The notes under the pieces were generated by a model. That model was not told the DNA's origin. It did no database searches and was given only the letters and a program-made list of their open reading frames with translations. Source: Nitrososphaeria archaeon (GTDB taxonomy: Archaea; Thermoproteota; Nitrososphaeria; JACIWG01). From it: a DNA stretch of 64,000 bases. The translations under genes and the position numbers were made by a program. Shown here one piece after another: positions 19,572 to 29,724 of this stretch; the stretch's first letter is position 1; each line of letters opens with the position of its first letter. Where the stretch lies: contig JBEKIG010000001.1 of NCBI GenBank assembly GCA_050011875.1, forward strand, positions 70,167 to 134,166, written 5' to 3'.

Positions 19572-20924
19572 TTAATCGCCATAAAGATAACAGGCTACTG
19601 AATGATCCTGTTCGACTTCCCCCAGATGTGGGTTTACTATTTTACACTTTTCCATTACGTAAGGACACCGGGGGTTAAACATACACCCATCCGGCGGATC
19701 TCTCATATCTGGAACTGCGCCGCTTATGCCCTTTATTTCGGTCGTTTGAAAAGTTGGCACGGCAGATATTAGCATAGTGGTATATGGATGAAGCGGTTTC
19801 TTGAATATCATGTCAGTTTCCGCCACCTCAACTATCCTACCTCCATACATTATGGCTATCCTATCGCACACCTCAGAGAGTACAGAGAGATCGTGTGATA
19901 TTAGGATGAAGGATGTGTTGAACCGCTGCTTCAAGTGTCTCATTAATTCTAAAATCTGAGCCTGTACGGTGACATCTAGGGCACTGGTTGGCTCGTCCAT
20001 TATGACCAGCTCCGGGTTGTTTGCAAGCGCGATAGCTATTATTATCCTCTGTCTCATCCCACCCGATAGCTCATGGGGGTACATTTTCACAACTTCCTCA
20101 GGGTTGGGAACCTCCAACGTTGAAATGAGTTCCACCGCTTTCCTGTATCCCTCTTTGAACAGGATTGACTTTGGCAGCCTGCTCAAACCTGGTATCTTCA
20201 TCCAACCACCCATGCCCCTTCGATCCTTTACTCCGTTTAGGATAGCCCTTTCAAAACTACCAAGCTTAGTGGATCGAAGTGAAACGATCATTTTTTCCTT
20301 CTTAGCTTCACCAAGGTCGCTTCTACTCCAAATATTCAGAACCTGTTCTTCTATCCCTTGTAACCCCTTGGACTCAGTGAAAACTCTGATCGCTTTCTCA
20401 TCTGCCCCATTCTTCAGTAGTTCAAGCATGTCCCTCAAATCGATATCCGTTACCCTTGATCTAGCGAGCTTCCGTTTAGCGAGCATCTCTGGCTGATGGG
20501 TTACAAGTGTCTCAGATATTTGAAAACCTATCCGTAGGACAGGGTTGAGGCTTGTCATTGGATCTTGGAAGACCATGGAAATCATGCTACCGCGTATGCT
20601 GGCCAGTTGTTGGTTCAACTTTTTTATAATGTTTTCACTTTTTCTGAAATTGAATTTTTTAGAATTTCTTGAAGCGTATTCCCTCAATGGGGCTATTAAA
20701 TCGCGGCCATTAATCAAGACCTCTCCTTCAATGATGGCCGCGTTTCTGGGCACGAGCCCTATGATGGCCAAGCCCAAAGTTGTTTTACCACACCCGCTCT
20801 CTCCAGCTAGACCTAATATCTCCCCTTTCTTTAGTTGGAGGTCTACGCCGTTAAGGGCTTTATATATCCCTCTTCTAGTATAGAATTGCTCTTTAATATT
20901 TAGAACGTTTAATGTATATTCCAA
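19572..20924 (-). CDS. ABC transporter ATP-binding protein (OppD/DppD-like) with large internal insertion
   Basis: Walker A GESGCGKTT, signature LSGGMRQR, and Walker B MDEPTSALD. The two motifs are separated by ~250 aa, unusually far. Confidence 0.85.
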   Translation of the reverse strand: MEYTLNVLNIKEQFYTRRGIYKALNGVDLQLKKGEILGLAGESGCGKTTLGLAIIGLVPRNAAIIEGEVLINGRDLIAPLREYASRNSKKFNFRKSENIIKKLNQQLASIRGSMISMVFQDPMTSLNPVLRIGFQISETLVTHQPEMLAKRKLARSRVTDIDLRDMLELLKNGADEKAIRVFTESKGLQGIEEQVLNIWSRSDLGEAKKEKMIVSLRSTKLGSFERAILNGVKDRRGMGGWMKIPGLSRLPKSILFKEGYRKAVELISTLEVPNPEEVVKMYPHELSGGMRQRIIIAIALANNPELVIMDEPTSALDVTVQAQILELMRHLKQRFNTSFILISHDLSVLSEVCDRIAIMYGGRIVEVAETDMIFKKPLHPYTTMLISAVPTFQTTEIKGISGAVPDMRDPPDGCMFNPRCPYVMEKCKIVNPHLGEVEQDHSVACYLYGD

Positions 20925-20925
20925 A

Positions 20926-21828
20926 TCAGCTCCTCCTCCTCGGGTCTATTACGTCCCTCAACCCATCGCCTAATAGGTTAACGGCCAACGCAAAAATAGT
21001 AATAACGACCCCTGGAAAGATGACGGCCCAAGGAGCAATCTGAACGTAGTTGAGACCCAGACTAGTCAGGTAACCCAGTTCAGGCACACTTGCATTTGTT
21101 ATAAATCCTATGAATGCGAGTGTGGAGAAGATCACCATTATGGCTCCCAAGTCCAATGAGATTTGTATAAAAACTGGCGGCAACGAGTTCGGCAATATAT
21201 GTCTGAATATTATCTTGATCCTGCTAACTCCAGATGCCCTTGCAGCTTCAACAAATGTGAATTCCTTGGTAGACAGAGTTGTGCTCCTCGTGTATCTCGC
21301 ATATATAGGCCACCAGACCAGGGCAAGCGTTAGTGACATATTCATTAAGGTTCTTCCCAAAATAAACCCTATAGCGAGGGCTAGTATGAGATATGGAATA
21401 CTGAAGAATATATCGGTTATCCTCATTACTATTTCATCCATCATACCGCCTATCGCAGCTGAAATAACTCCAATTACTGAACCCACTACAGCGCCCACGC
21501 CCACTACTAAGAAGGAATAGAAAAGATCTATCCTTATAGCCTTTAACGTGCTCGTATATAAATCCACGCCAGGGTACGTGGTGCCAAATGGATGCTGCCA
21601 TGAAGGTGCAGTAGGAACCGGGTTCAAGAAGTTGGGGACTAGAGTGTTGGCGTAAGTTATACCTAGCAGCCCTGGATCAATCTGCATAATAAAAGCATCA
21701 GCCAGATATACAAGCACTATGATAAGGCCCACCACCGCTGCCGTGTTGGCAAAAAATACGCTGAACGACAGTTTGATATTATCCCACCTCCGCGTGTTAA
21801 CCGTTCCCCCAGACGTTTTCTTTGACAT
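20926..21828 (-). CDS. ABC transporter permease (OppC/DppC-like)
   Basis: Polytopic membrane protein carrying the BPD-transporter EAA-like loop. It is in operon position between the permease and ATPase genes. Confidence 0.8.
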   Translation of the reverse strand: MSKKTSGGTVNTRRWDNIKLSFSVFFANTAAVVGLIIVLVYLADAFIMQIDPGLLGITYANTLVPNFLNPVPTAPSWQHPFGTTYPGVDLYTSTLKAIRIDLFYSFLVVGVGAVVGSVIGVISAAIGGMMDEIVMRITDIFFSIPYLILALAIGFILGRTLMNMSLTLALVWWPIYARYTRSTTLSTKEFTFVEAARASGVSRIKIIFRHILPNSLPPVFIQISLDLGAIMVIFSTLAFIGFITNASVPELGYLTSLGLNYVQIAPWAVIFPGVVITIFALAVNLLGDGLRDVIDPRRRS

Positions 21829-21831
21829 TTT

Positions 21832-22887
21832 TTAATATCTAATCCTCGGATCTATAAAAGCGTATATAACGTCGACAACCAAGTTAGCTGCCACTAATAT
21901 TAAACCGAAAAGTAAAGTAGATGCCATTATCCCGCCCACATCGCTGTTTAGAAACGCCTGAGTAGTCCAATATCCAATTCCAGGATAACTGAATATTGTT
22001 TCCACTACAACAGCACCTCCAAGGAGCCCAGCCACTGTTAGCCCAAAGAGAGTTATCATCGGTAGAAGGGCGTTCTTTTGAGCATGAATGTTATTTACAG
22101 TTCTCTCTGGTAGACCCTTTGACCTCGCCAGTCTTATATAGTCTTGATCAAGCACCTCCAGCATAGAGGACCTAAGTATCCTGATTATACTGGCTACTAT
22201 AGCCAGCGCAAGTGTAAGTGCGGGAAGGATAAAGTGAAGGAACGCATCAAAAGCGACTCCCCACGCGCCATGAATTAAGGCGTCTATTAAAATTACGTGA
22301 GTAGGATAAGAAATTCCGTTTATATACCATGAAAAAGAAGAAACCAGTGTGGGGGATACAACGCCTGAGAATGGCAGTACCTTAAAATAAACTCCCAACA
22401 CAATTATGAGGGCAATACCTATCAAATAGATGGGCATTGCGTAAAGAGTAAATGAACCAACCCGCAGTATGTGATCAGCGGCTGAATCCCTGCTAACTGC
22501 TGAATAAATCCCTAAAGGGACGCCTATTATCCATATTAATATCGCTGCAGCTACGGTTAGCACCACCGTATTAGGAAGAAAGAGCTCTATCGCAGCAGTT
22601 ACTTGGCCGCTGAAGACTGGGGTGTTTGTAAACCCCCAATTACCCTCCAATACTTGCAAAAGCCAGTAAAAATACTGAACGTATATAGGCTGATTAAGAT
22701 GGAACTCCGCTGTAAGCTTCTGGACAAGCAGCTGCCTTGCTGTTCCCGTCAACCTAGGATTGAGATATGTAGCTAGTAATATATTATTCCCACTAAAATG
22801 CGAAAGGATAAAAACCAAAAGGGTTAAGCCTAAAAGCGTCGGTATAAGGAGCAACAATCTCCTGATGATGTAGGCCCATATGTTCAT
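21832..22887 (-). CDS. ABC transporter permease (OppB/DppB-like)
   Basis: Polytopic membrane protein of 351 aa, tightly stacked with flanking opp genes. Confidence 0.8.
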   Translation of the reverse strand: MNIWAYIIRRLLLLIPTLLGLTLLVFILSHFSGNNILLATYLNPRLTGTARQLLVQKLTAEFHLNQPIYVQYFYWLLQVLEGNWGFTNTPVFSGQVTAAIELFLPNTVVLTVAAAILIWIIGVPLGIYSAVSRDSAADHILRVGSFTLYAMPIYLIGIALIIVLGVYFKVLPFSGVVSPTLVSSFSWYINGISYPTHVILIDALIHGAWGVAFDAFLHFILPALTLALAIVASIIRILRSSMLEVLDQDYIRLARSKGLPERTVNNIHAQKNALLPMITLFGLTVAGLLGGAVVVETIFSYPGIGYWTTQAFLNSDVGGIMASTLLFGLILVAANLVVDVIYAFIDPRIRY

Positions 22888-22927
22888 AATTAATCATCCC
22901 TAAAAAAATGGAAGTGTTGGTGGTGTA

Positions 22928-25534
22928 TTAACCTTTTACCCACCAATAGTAAAGCGAATCAGCTCCTCCGCCGATCATAACATTCTCTTGATATTGTATG
23001 TTTTTGTTATAGCCCGTCATGTATGGTTTTAACATCCAGAATGTGTTGGTCTGTTCTGTATATACATACAAGTAGAGGTTTATTGCTATCTGCTCACACT
23101 GTTTATAATCCTGCGCAGCCAAGGTACTATTTGTAGTCGAATCAGCCTGTATAATTAGGTTGTTCATTTCATGGTACTGAGCGGCCTCCGCTGGATAGCC
23201 TGAAGAGTTGATAAAACTTGTAGTCCACCCAAGGCCTGAAGGATAGGCACCTCCCTGTTCGTACATTGCATTGACGTAGTCGCTTGGATAAGGATAGTCA
23301 GGCAACCAACCCAAGTTGTAAATTGGCATTGGATTCGCACCTGGCGCCAGTTCTCCTATGATGGTAGTGAAGGCTTGGTACTCAGGCACAGCGTTTATGT
23401 TGGGGTCCATTTGGTGAAGTGCTGCAGCCCACATTTGGAAAGCGGCGTAATCCACTATATCGCCCGAAGCTACTATAATGGGTAGTGTTACAGATGTATT
23501 ATACTCACCTGACTCCTGCATCAATTGAGTGGCATAGGTAAGGTTGTAGGTAGGAATTCCTGTGAGCTGGCTCGGTGGCACATAGTCAGCCATTCCATTG
23601 GGTATAACCCCTGCATAGGAACTTCCAAAGTTAGCTCCATATACCGAATTCCCCAGAATCTCGTCTAGAAAATTGGTTTCATTCCAGGAATAGCAGAATG
23701 CTTCCCTGACTAAAGTATTAGCGAAGTAACCGGATGGAATGTTGAAGTTGGAACCGAACACCGATTTCATTAGTGTGGTAGAAGTATTGAAGTTGAATGG
23801 ATTGAAGAATATATCTAGTGTTGGAAACGAATACAGCGAAGTCTGCCCCTTTGCTACCTGTTGTTTGACTAATGGCATATAACTGCTAGGTAGACCAGTC
23901 ACTATGTCAGCCTGTCCACTTGTGAATAGATCGTAGGCAGTTGTAGGATCCTTGACCCATTGAATCGATACAGTATCGTTAGGTGTTGGTATACTTGGTA
24001 CGCTTTGGAATCCTTTGTTAGGTGTCAACACAACTGATTGGCCGGGTACGTAGCTCTCTATTTGGTAAGGACCGGAGGCCACTGTGCTGAATTGAACCTT
24101 TAGGTTATAATCCCCTTCATTACCTTGACTTTGATAAGCGTAGAAGCCTGCGGGTGTAAATGTTATCCCAGCTCCAACGTTCTGTAACCAAGCGGAATCC
24201 AGTACTCCTGCTCCCATCGGAAATGCCAAAGCCGTAAAGAATAAACCTGGCGCTGTTGACACAGCAAGGTGGAATGTAACCGTATCCGTCACATTGTTAT
24301 ACGACACTCCATTCATTATAGCATTAAAGTCCGCAGTATCATTAGCAGCATTCATTATAGGTACAAAGGGAACCAAGTTCGGTATGAGATATTGTGATAG
24401 TATCCAGTCGGCAGTGCCTGGTGCCCCTCCTTGGAATAACATGCACCTAATAGCTGTATACCATACATCGTAAGCGGTTATAGGATCTCCATTAGAGAAT
24501 TTCATGCCGCTCCTTATGGTGAACGTATATGAAGTATAGTTGGCGTTTATTCCTCCATTCTGAACCGTTGGGACTGACGCTGCCAGCATGGGCAGGAACT
24601 GGGATGGAGATGATCCATTATAAACTATAAGCGTCCCCGCTATATTATATATAACCTCAGCCCCCACCGACTCATAATCCACCTGTGGATCGAACGAATA
24701 TGGGCCTCCGGGAATGTTTTCAACTGTGTTTATAATTGAAGGATTGGGGACATTTCCGCTGTATTTATAGAGAATATACGGTTGAGTTGAGGAACTCACA
24801 GCTACCGTTTGCTCAACGGTCAGGCTATACTTCTGGAGGCTGCTTGCGTTTTCCGTGATCAAGGTCAAACTGACTGGATATAGACCTGGATTAGCGTAAG
24901 ACACGCTCACTGGGTTTGTAACTGGAAGAAATGTTGAACTATCAGCTAAGACGTCTTGAGTTTTTCCGTTGCCAAAGTTCCATACATATTCATATATGCT
25001 CATGTTGTTGCCCGTCGGTGGTAAATGGTAACCTCCTGTTAGAACTACAGGTGTGTTAACATTGACTACGGGTTCCGTAGGATTAACGGTCGAATTAAGT
25101 ACGATAACTGGAATTGATACTAACGGTGCTAAAGTAGAGTTAACTACAGGAGTAACCTGTATTAACGTTGTCACGTTATCTGTAGAAGCTACTACTTTAC
25201 CGTTGTAAGTTTCTTGTGCTGCGACCAGATATGCACCTGAATTAGCATAAGCATGGGTAATACTAGCGGCTTTAGCCGATTGGCCATCTCCGAAGGATAT
25301 GTTAAGAGAACCACCAGATACTGCTCCGTACACTGAAAATGTTATACCTACCCCTTGTTCACCTGTTAAACTAGTAGTCGCAAGAGAAATTGCGGTTATA
25401 GTAGGTCCATGTGATGTAGACAGATAGAAACCTGCTACAATAGCTATTATCAATATCACTATAATTATTGCTACGATTGCTGATTTCGCGATTGCTTTCC
25501 TCGCACGTTTGTCGAAGAACATGTTCATCATCAT
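22928..25534 (-). CDS. Extracellular solute-binding protein, family 5 (OppA-like), with N-terminal membrane anchor and PKD-like domain
   Basis: N-terminal TM segment, then a PKD-like segment (FGDGQSA...HAYANSGAY). The long SBP_bac_5-like body is rich in N-x-S/T sequons. It is the first gene of the opp operon. Confidence 0.75.
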   Translation of the reverse strand: MMMNMFFDKRARKAIAKSAIVAIIIVILIIAIVAGFYLSTSHGPTITAISLATTSLTGEQGVGITFSVYGAVSGGSLNISFGDGQSAKAASITHAYANSGAYLVAAQETYNGKVVASTDNVTTLIQVTPVVNSTLAPLVSIPVIVLNSTVNPTEPVVNVNTPVVLTGGYHLPPTGNNMSIYEYVWNFGNGKTQDVLADSSTFLPVTNPVSVSYANPGLYPVSLTLITENASSLQKYSLTVEQTVAVSSSTQPYILYKYSGNVPNPSIINTVENIPGGPYSFDPQVDYESVGAEVIYNIAGTLIVYNGSSPSQFLPMLAASVPTVQNGGINANYTSYTFTIRSGMKFSNGDPITAYDVWYTAIRCMLFQGGAPGTADWILSQYLIPNLVPFVPIMNAANDTADFNAIMNGVSYNNVTDTVTFHLAVSTAPGLFFTALAFPMGAGVLDSAWLQNVGAGITFTPAGFYAYQSQGNEGDYNLKVQFSTVASGPYQIESYVPGQSVVLTPNKGFQSVPSIPTPNDTVSIQWVKDPTTAYDLFTSGQADIVTGLPSSYMPLVKQQVAKGQTSLYSFPTLDIFFNPFNFNTSTTLMKSVFGSNFNIPSGYFANTLVREAFCYSWNETNFLDEILGNSVYGANFGSSYAGVIPNGMADYVPPSQLTGIPTYNLTYATQLMQESGEYNTSVTLPIIVASGDIVDYAAFQMWAAALHQMDPNINAVPEYQAFTTIIGELAPGANPMPIYNLGWLPDYPYPSDYVNAMYEQGGAYPSGLGWTTSFINSSGYPAEAAQYHEMNNLIIQADSTTNSTLAAQDYKQCEQIAINLYLYVYTEQTNTFWMLKPYMTGYNKNIQYQENVMIGGGADSLYYWWVKG

Positions 25535-25757
25535 ATCTAATTATTACTATAAAACTCTTTCGCTGCATCATGTCGCTGAGACCAATTTTTATCTTTATGG
25601 AAATAATATTAAACATGCCACAGTTCTAAATAACATTTATTAGATTGACATTAAGAGGGACAAAGTATGTCTCAATCTTTTAAAAAGAGAGAGAATTTCT
25701 TTCCTTTTAGACTAATTTATCATTTTTGTTTTATGATTAAAGGCGCTAGATAAAATA

Positions 25758-26780
25758 GTGAATACCATTATGGTTAACCTTTTAAAATCACATTCTAATA
25801 AACTCATTATTTTGATCATAGTTATTTGTATAATATTCATTTTAGTTATAGTGCCATTTATTCCCGGCTCTGTAGAGAAGGTCTCTATAAGTACGGTTCA
25901 AGAAAAACTCTACCCTGTCTACACAAATAGTGGTTTCGAAGATGCGGTTGGAGAAAAAGTGAACGGCTGGAACCTTTTAAACGGTTCAAAGCTCAGCAGG
26001 ACAATTGTTTACGATGGGAACAATGCTATCAACATGACTCCTTCGAATCCCTCGATTATCCCTCAGATAATTTACGTAGGAAATAACGCGACGACAAGAT
26101 ACATTATTGGAGGCAACGTGATAGCATCCTTGGCTGTCAAGGCCTTAAACGCACTCAATGGCTCAAAACCATCTTACTTGAATGTTGAATCGGTAATCTT
26201 ATACATTGGACCAACAAACGTGACTACTTTCCTATTCAACCTCGTATTATACAGGAATATGCCGAACGTAAGCGAGGGTGTGGCGTACAAAAATTACGGT
26301 ATTATCGCATACAAAAATTTAGAGAATTCTGATGATTGGTTTGAATACTCCCTCCAGATGTCGCAGATGACCGGTGCCTTCTCTAACTACCTTAGCAGTT
26401 GGAAAGGTATAGACGCTAAACCAACCGATAGATACGAAATGCTGGGCCTAAGCGTTTGGTGCGATAATCTTGTAGCCTATGTCGACGACGCATCAATTTA
26501 CTTGATCGAACCGGAATGGATAATTGCCACAATGAAATCTAACTCCATTATACCGATGAACGTGTTCTTGTCTGACGTCGAAATAAACGGGAGCACACCT
26601 ACACAATTTTACACAAAGCCTAATCTTGTGACACCCTTTTCAACGTTCGACCTCTACACTTTTGTTCCATATACGCCTTCGAATGGTTCCGTAAACATTG
26701 TAACAGTTCGATTTGGAACAGGGCAAACAATTCAATTCCAGTTCAAAGAGGAGACTAGAAGAGTATGGGTAATTCTGTAA
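25758..26780 (+). CDS. Secreted/surface glycoprotein of unknown function (possible TasA/camelysin-like or pilin-like substrate)
   Basis: N-terminal signal/anchor (KLIILIIVICIIFILVIVPFIPG), a beta-rich body and more than 15 N-x-S/T sequons. Its stop overlaps the start of the signal peptidase gene by 16 nt. Confidence 0.45.
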   Translation: MNTIMVNLLKSHSNKLIILIIVICIIFILVIVPFIPGSVEKVSISTVQEKLYPVYTNSGFEDAVGEKVNGWNLLNGSKLSRTIVYDGNNAINMTPSNPSIIPQIIYVGNNATTRYIIGGNVIASLAVKALNALNGSKPSYLNVESVILYIGPTNVTTFLFNLVLYRNMPNVSEGVAYKNYGIIAYKNLENSDDWFEYSLQMSQMTGAFSNYLSSWKGIDAKPTDRYEMLGLSVWCDNLVAYVDDASIYLIEPEWIIATMKSNSIIPMNVFLSDVEINGSTPTQFYTKPNLVTPFSTFDLYTFVPYTPSNGSVNIVTVRFGTGQTIQFQFKEETRRVWVIL

Positions 26781-27295
26781 AAAAGCATTGGAAAAAGATT
26801 GAAATCGCTGAAGATATCGTTATTGTAGTCCTCTTTATAACCCTTGCAATACTTCTAATAAATGTTGCATTTGGGAACTCTCCATTCTGGTATGTTGAAG
26901 GAATCAGCATGCATCCTACCCTACAAAGTGGAGACCTTATCATAATAGTTCGAACACCTTTCGACAACTTAAAGGTAGGAGACATTATTGTCTATTACAG
27001 CCACGTCTACAACTTCAGGATCGTGCATCGAATAATAGAGATAGAGAATATAAGCGGCCAAGAGGCTTTAATAACCAAAGGCGACAACAATCTCGGACCA
27101 GACCCTTTATATGTAACAAAGGCCGATTACATTGGAAAATATACTGGGATAAGAATCCCATATGTTGGTTTCCTTTATCAAGCTCTAGCGCCTCCTGTAA
27201 ACTATTTCATAATAGCCGTTCTTGTAATATACTTGATATACATTGATTTATACACACCCCTAAAAAATAAGCAAAACGCTTCTAAGGCATTGTGA
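26765..27295 (+). CDS. Signal peptidase I, archaeal/ER type (Sec11/SipW-like, S26B)
   Basis: N-terminal TM, then GISMHPTL (the SM(E/H)PT catalytic Ser box) and GDNN-like KGDNN motif. Length is 176 aa. Confidence 0.75.
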   Translation: MGNSVKKHWKKIEIAEDIVIVVLFITLAILLINVAFGNSPFWYVEGISMHPTLQSGDLIIIVRTPFDNLKVGDIIVYYSHVYNFRIVHRIIEIENISGQEALITKGDNNLGPDPLYVTKADYIGKYTGIRIPYVGFLYQALAPPVNYFIIAVLVIYLIYIDLYTPLKNKQNASKAL

Positions 27296-27535
27296 ATTTA
27301 ATTAAAAATATCAATGATGTAAGACGAAAACGTAAGATGGCGTTTACAAACTCTTTACTGTACAAAACTTTCGTTTTTTTATAACCTGTGTAGAAAAGTT
27401 TATCGAAGTAGATATAAAACTGATCTTCTATTAACTCTAGAATGATTAAAAAATTATTATTAGATTAGGTTAAGCTCGAACTCATTCAAAAGTTTTATAT
27501 CATCAAATATAGAAATTGATATGGGCGAATTCTAA

Positions 27536-28720
27536 TTGGTTTCAGTTAAAATCCTTGATAATTTGTTCTGGGTAGGAATTAATGATAATAGAAACATCTT
27601 ATTTGAAGGATTGTGGCCTATACCTCAGGGCATAACTTACAATTCGTACATTATCAAAGGCTTAGAGAAAACGGTGCTGATAGATACTGTGGACAAGTTC
27701 TATTCAAAAGAGTTCTTAGCAAATGTTAAGGAAGTCGTCGAACCTTCAAAGATCGACCATATAATTCTAAATCACTTGGAACCAGATCACAGCGGATCTC
27801 TTGAGGAAATTCTAAAGTATGCACCTAAAGCAAAAGTTATTGGATCACAGATGGCAATTAATATAGCAAAGGCATACTACCATCAAGACTTCAATAATCT
27901 AGCGGTCAAAGATGGTGAGATAATATCACTTGGTGACCGCACATTAAAAATTATTACTGCCCCTTGGATTCATTGGCCTGAGACAATCTTTACTTATGAT
28001 GTAGAGGATCAAGTTTTATTTTCAGGCGATGCCTTTGGAACCTTTGGCGCCGTGAACGGAAATTTATTTGACGATCAAAAAAATGTTCCATCTTATGAGA
28101 TTGAAATGAAGAGATATTTTGCAGATATAATTTCCCATTATTCACAGTTCGTCATCAAAGCAGGTGAAAAGATTCAAAATCTTCCGATAAAAATTCTCTG
28201 CACAACACACGGCACAATTTACAGGAATAATCCGAACTATCCTATATCTAAATATCTTCTATGGAGTTCAGGTAAAGATGAAAATAAAGTTCTGATCATT
28301 TATGGGAGCATGTATGGACATACAAAAGAATGTGCAGAGTACTTTGGAGCAAAATTAAGAGAAAAAGGGATAAATGTTATCCTACGTGATTTGGGTATAG
28401 TTCATCCAAGTTATGTTTTAACAGATATATTAGATTCAAAGGTGGTTATGATAGGATCACCAACCTATGATGGTCAAATATTCCCGCTTGTATCGAATAT
28501 TATTGAATACATGACGATAAAGCATGTTCGACCTAAGATTTTTGCGATTTTCACAAACTATAGCTGGGGTAGTAATATTATCGATACTCTAAAAGGCAGG
28601 CTTTCAGAAATAGGCATGAGGGTTTTAGAACCACAACTGCTGGTGAAAGGTAAAATATCTGAAGAAGATAAAAAGAAAGCCGACATACTTGTCGAGAATA
28701 TAGTTAATGTCCTTCAATAG
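27536..28720 (+). CDS. fprA: Flavodiiron protein (FprA; metallo-beta-lactamase + flavodoxin domains)
   Basis: Di-iron HxExDH motif ILNHLEPDHSG. A C-terminal flavodoxin-like domain. Length is 394 aa. Confidence 0.85.
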   Translation: MVSVKILDNLFWVGINDNRNILFEGLWPIPQGITYNSYIIKGLEKTVLIDTVDKFYSKEFLANVKEVVEPSKIDHIILNHLEPDHSGSLEEILKYAPKAKVIGSQMAINIAKAYYHQDFNNLAVKDGEIISLGDRTLKIITAPWIHWPETIFTYDVEDQVLFSGDAFGTFGAVNGNLFDDQKNVPSYEIEMKRYFADIISHYSQFVIKAGEKIQNLPIKILCTTHGTIYRNNPNYPISKYLLWSSGKDENKVLIIYGSMYGHTKECAEYFGAKLREKGINVILRDLGIVHPSYVLTDILDSKVVMIGSPTYDGQIFPLVSNIIEYMTIKHVRPKIFAIFTNYSWGSNIIDTLKGRLSEIGMRVLEPQLLVKGKISEEDKKKADILVENIVNVLQ

Positions 28721-29075
28721 AAGAGGTAATTCCCCCTATTTTTATGTGAAGATTATTACGCAGGATTTATAATCCCGGATGTCGCATTTTCTCTTGGAAA
28801 TTTAACTAATTGAAAAGAGAACTTTCCCAAATTGGTTCAAACTCCACTTACTTTAGCTCTTCTTTTAGATCTATATGTGATCACATAAGCATAGTAAACT
28901 TGACTGATTTTGGAATTAACGACAGATCTGGCATTTGCTATTGTCATAGGATTCCTATTTTTTGGTCGGGTTGATATAGCTCTTATGGTTGGATTGGGGG
29001 CATTCTTGCCTAACCATTCTATTGATTGATTAATTGTCCTATTCTGTTCCTTTGAGCAATTGTTAACAAGCAACA

Positions 29076-29546
29076 TTACGCCTCAAGTTCCAATCGTTTC
29101 TTATCTTTCTCTAGTAGCCAGAAACCAAATAAAGCACCAAAAAAAATAACGCTTACACTTTTTGTATAAAAGGTATTAGGAAATTCAGAAAAATGCTGGT
29201 TAAGAATAGTCTGTGTACTCCAATTCATCATCCCATCAATCAGTTCATAGCTGGATGCAGCCATTGTCAAAAAAAGCCATCCCTGAAAATAACTATAAAG
29301 TCTTATCATAGGATTCTTCTCACGAAAAAAGAATAAAGAAGTGAAAATCACAAAGGCTAAAGCACTATACGCAAGCAAACTAACATAAAGAAGCCTAAAA
29401 TTCATTACCCCTGGAATCGAGAACAGATTAAAGAAGTAGTCGTAGAGATTACCGTGAATTAGAGTGAGAATTATACCTGACAAGGCGGCCAAGACCGTTA
29501 TTAATTCCAAAACTTTTACTTTTTTTAGTTCAGGAATTCTTTTCAT
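29076..29546 (-). CDS. Hypothetical integral membrane protein (about 4 TM)
   Basis: Hydrophobic helices only. It lies on the same strand 178 nt downstream of the Cys-rich 210-aa gene. Confidence 0.4.
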   Translation of the reverse strand: MKRIPELKKVKVLELITVLAALSGIILTLIHGNLYDYFFNLFSIPGVMNFRLLYVSLLAYSALAFVIFTSLFFFREKNPMIRLYSYFQGWLFLTMAASSYELIDGMMNWSTQTILNQHFSEFPNTFYTKSVSVIFFGALFGFWLLEKDKKRLELEA

Positions 29547-29724
29547 CTTGATACACCATTATTAAGTATGGAGCGATATCCAATATGTTAACCTATATAT
29601 AACAATTGGTGGTGCGCACAATTTAAAGTTCTTCTTAGCGAGCTGACTAGAACTAGTCACACGCCACAACATCGGAGTGAAAGATGGAGAGGAGAAATAC
29701 AAAAAAACATGCGCCGGTGATTGA

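Noticed and set aside
28837-29076. 79-aa basic ORF downstream of fprA, and 105-aa ORF 29684..30001
   Set aside because: The first has no motifs and overlaps the start region of the 156-aa membrane protein gene. The second is antisense to the better-supported 210-aa gene.
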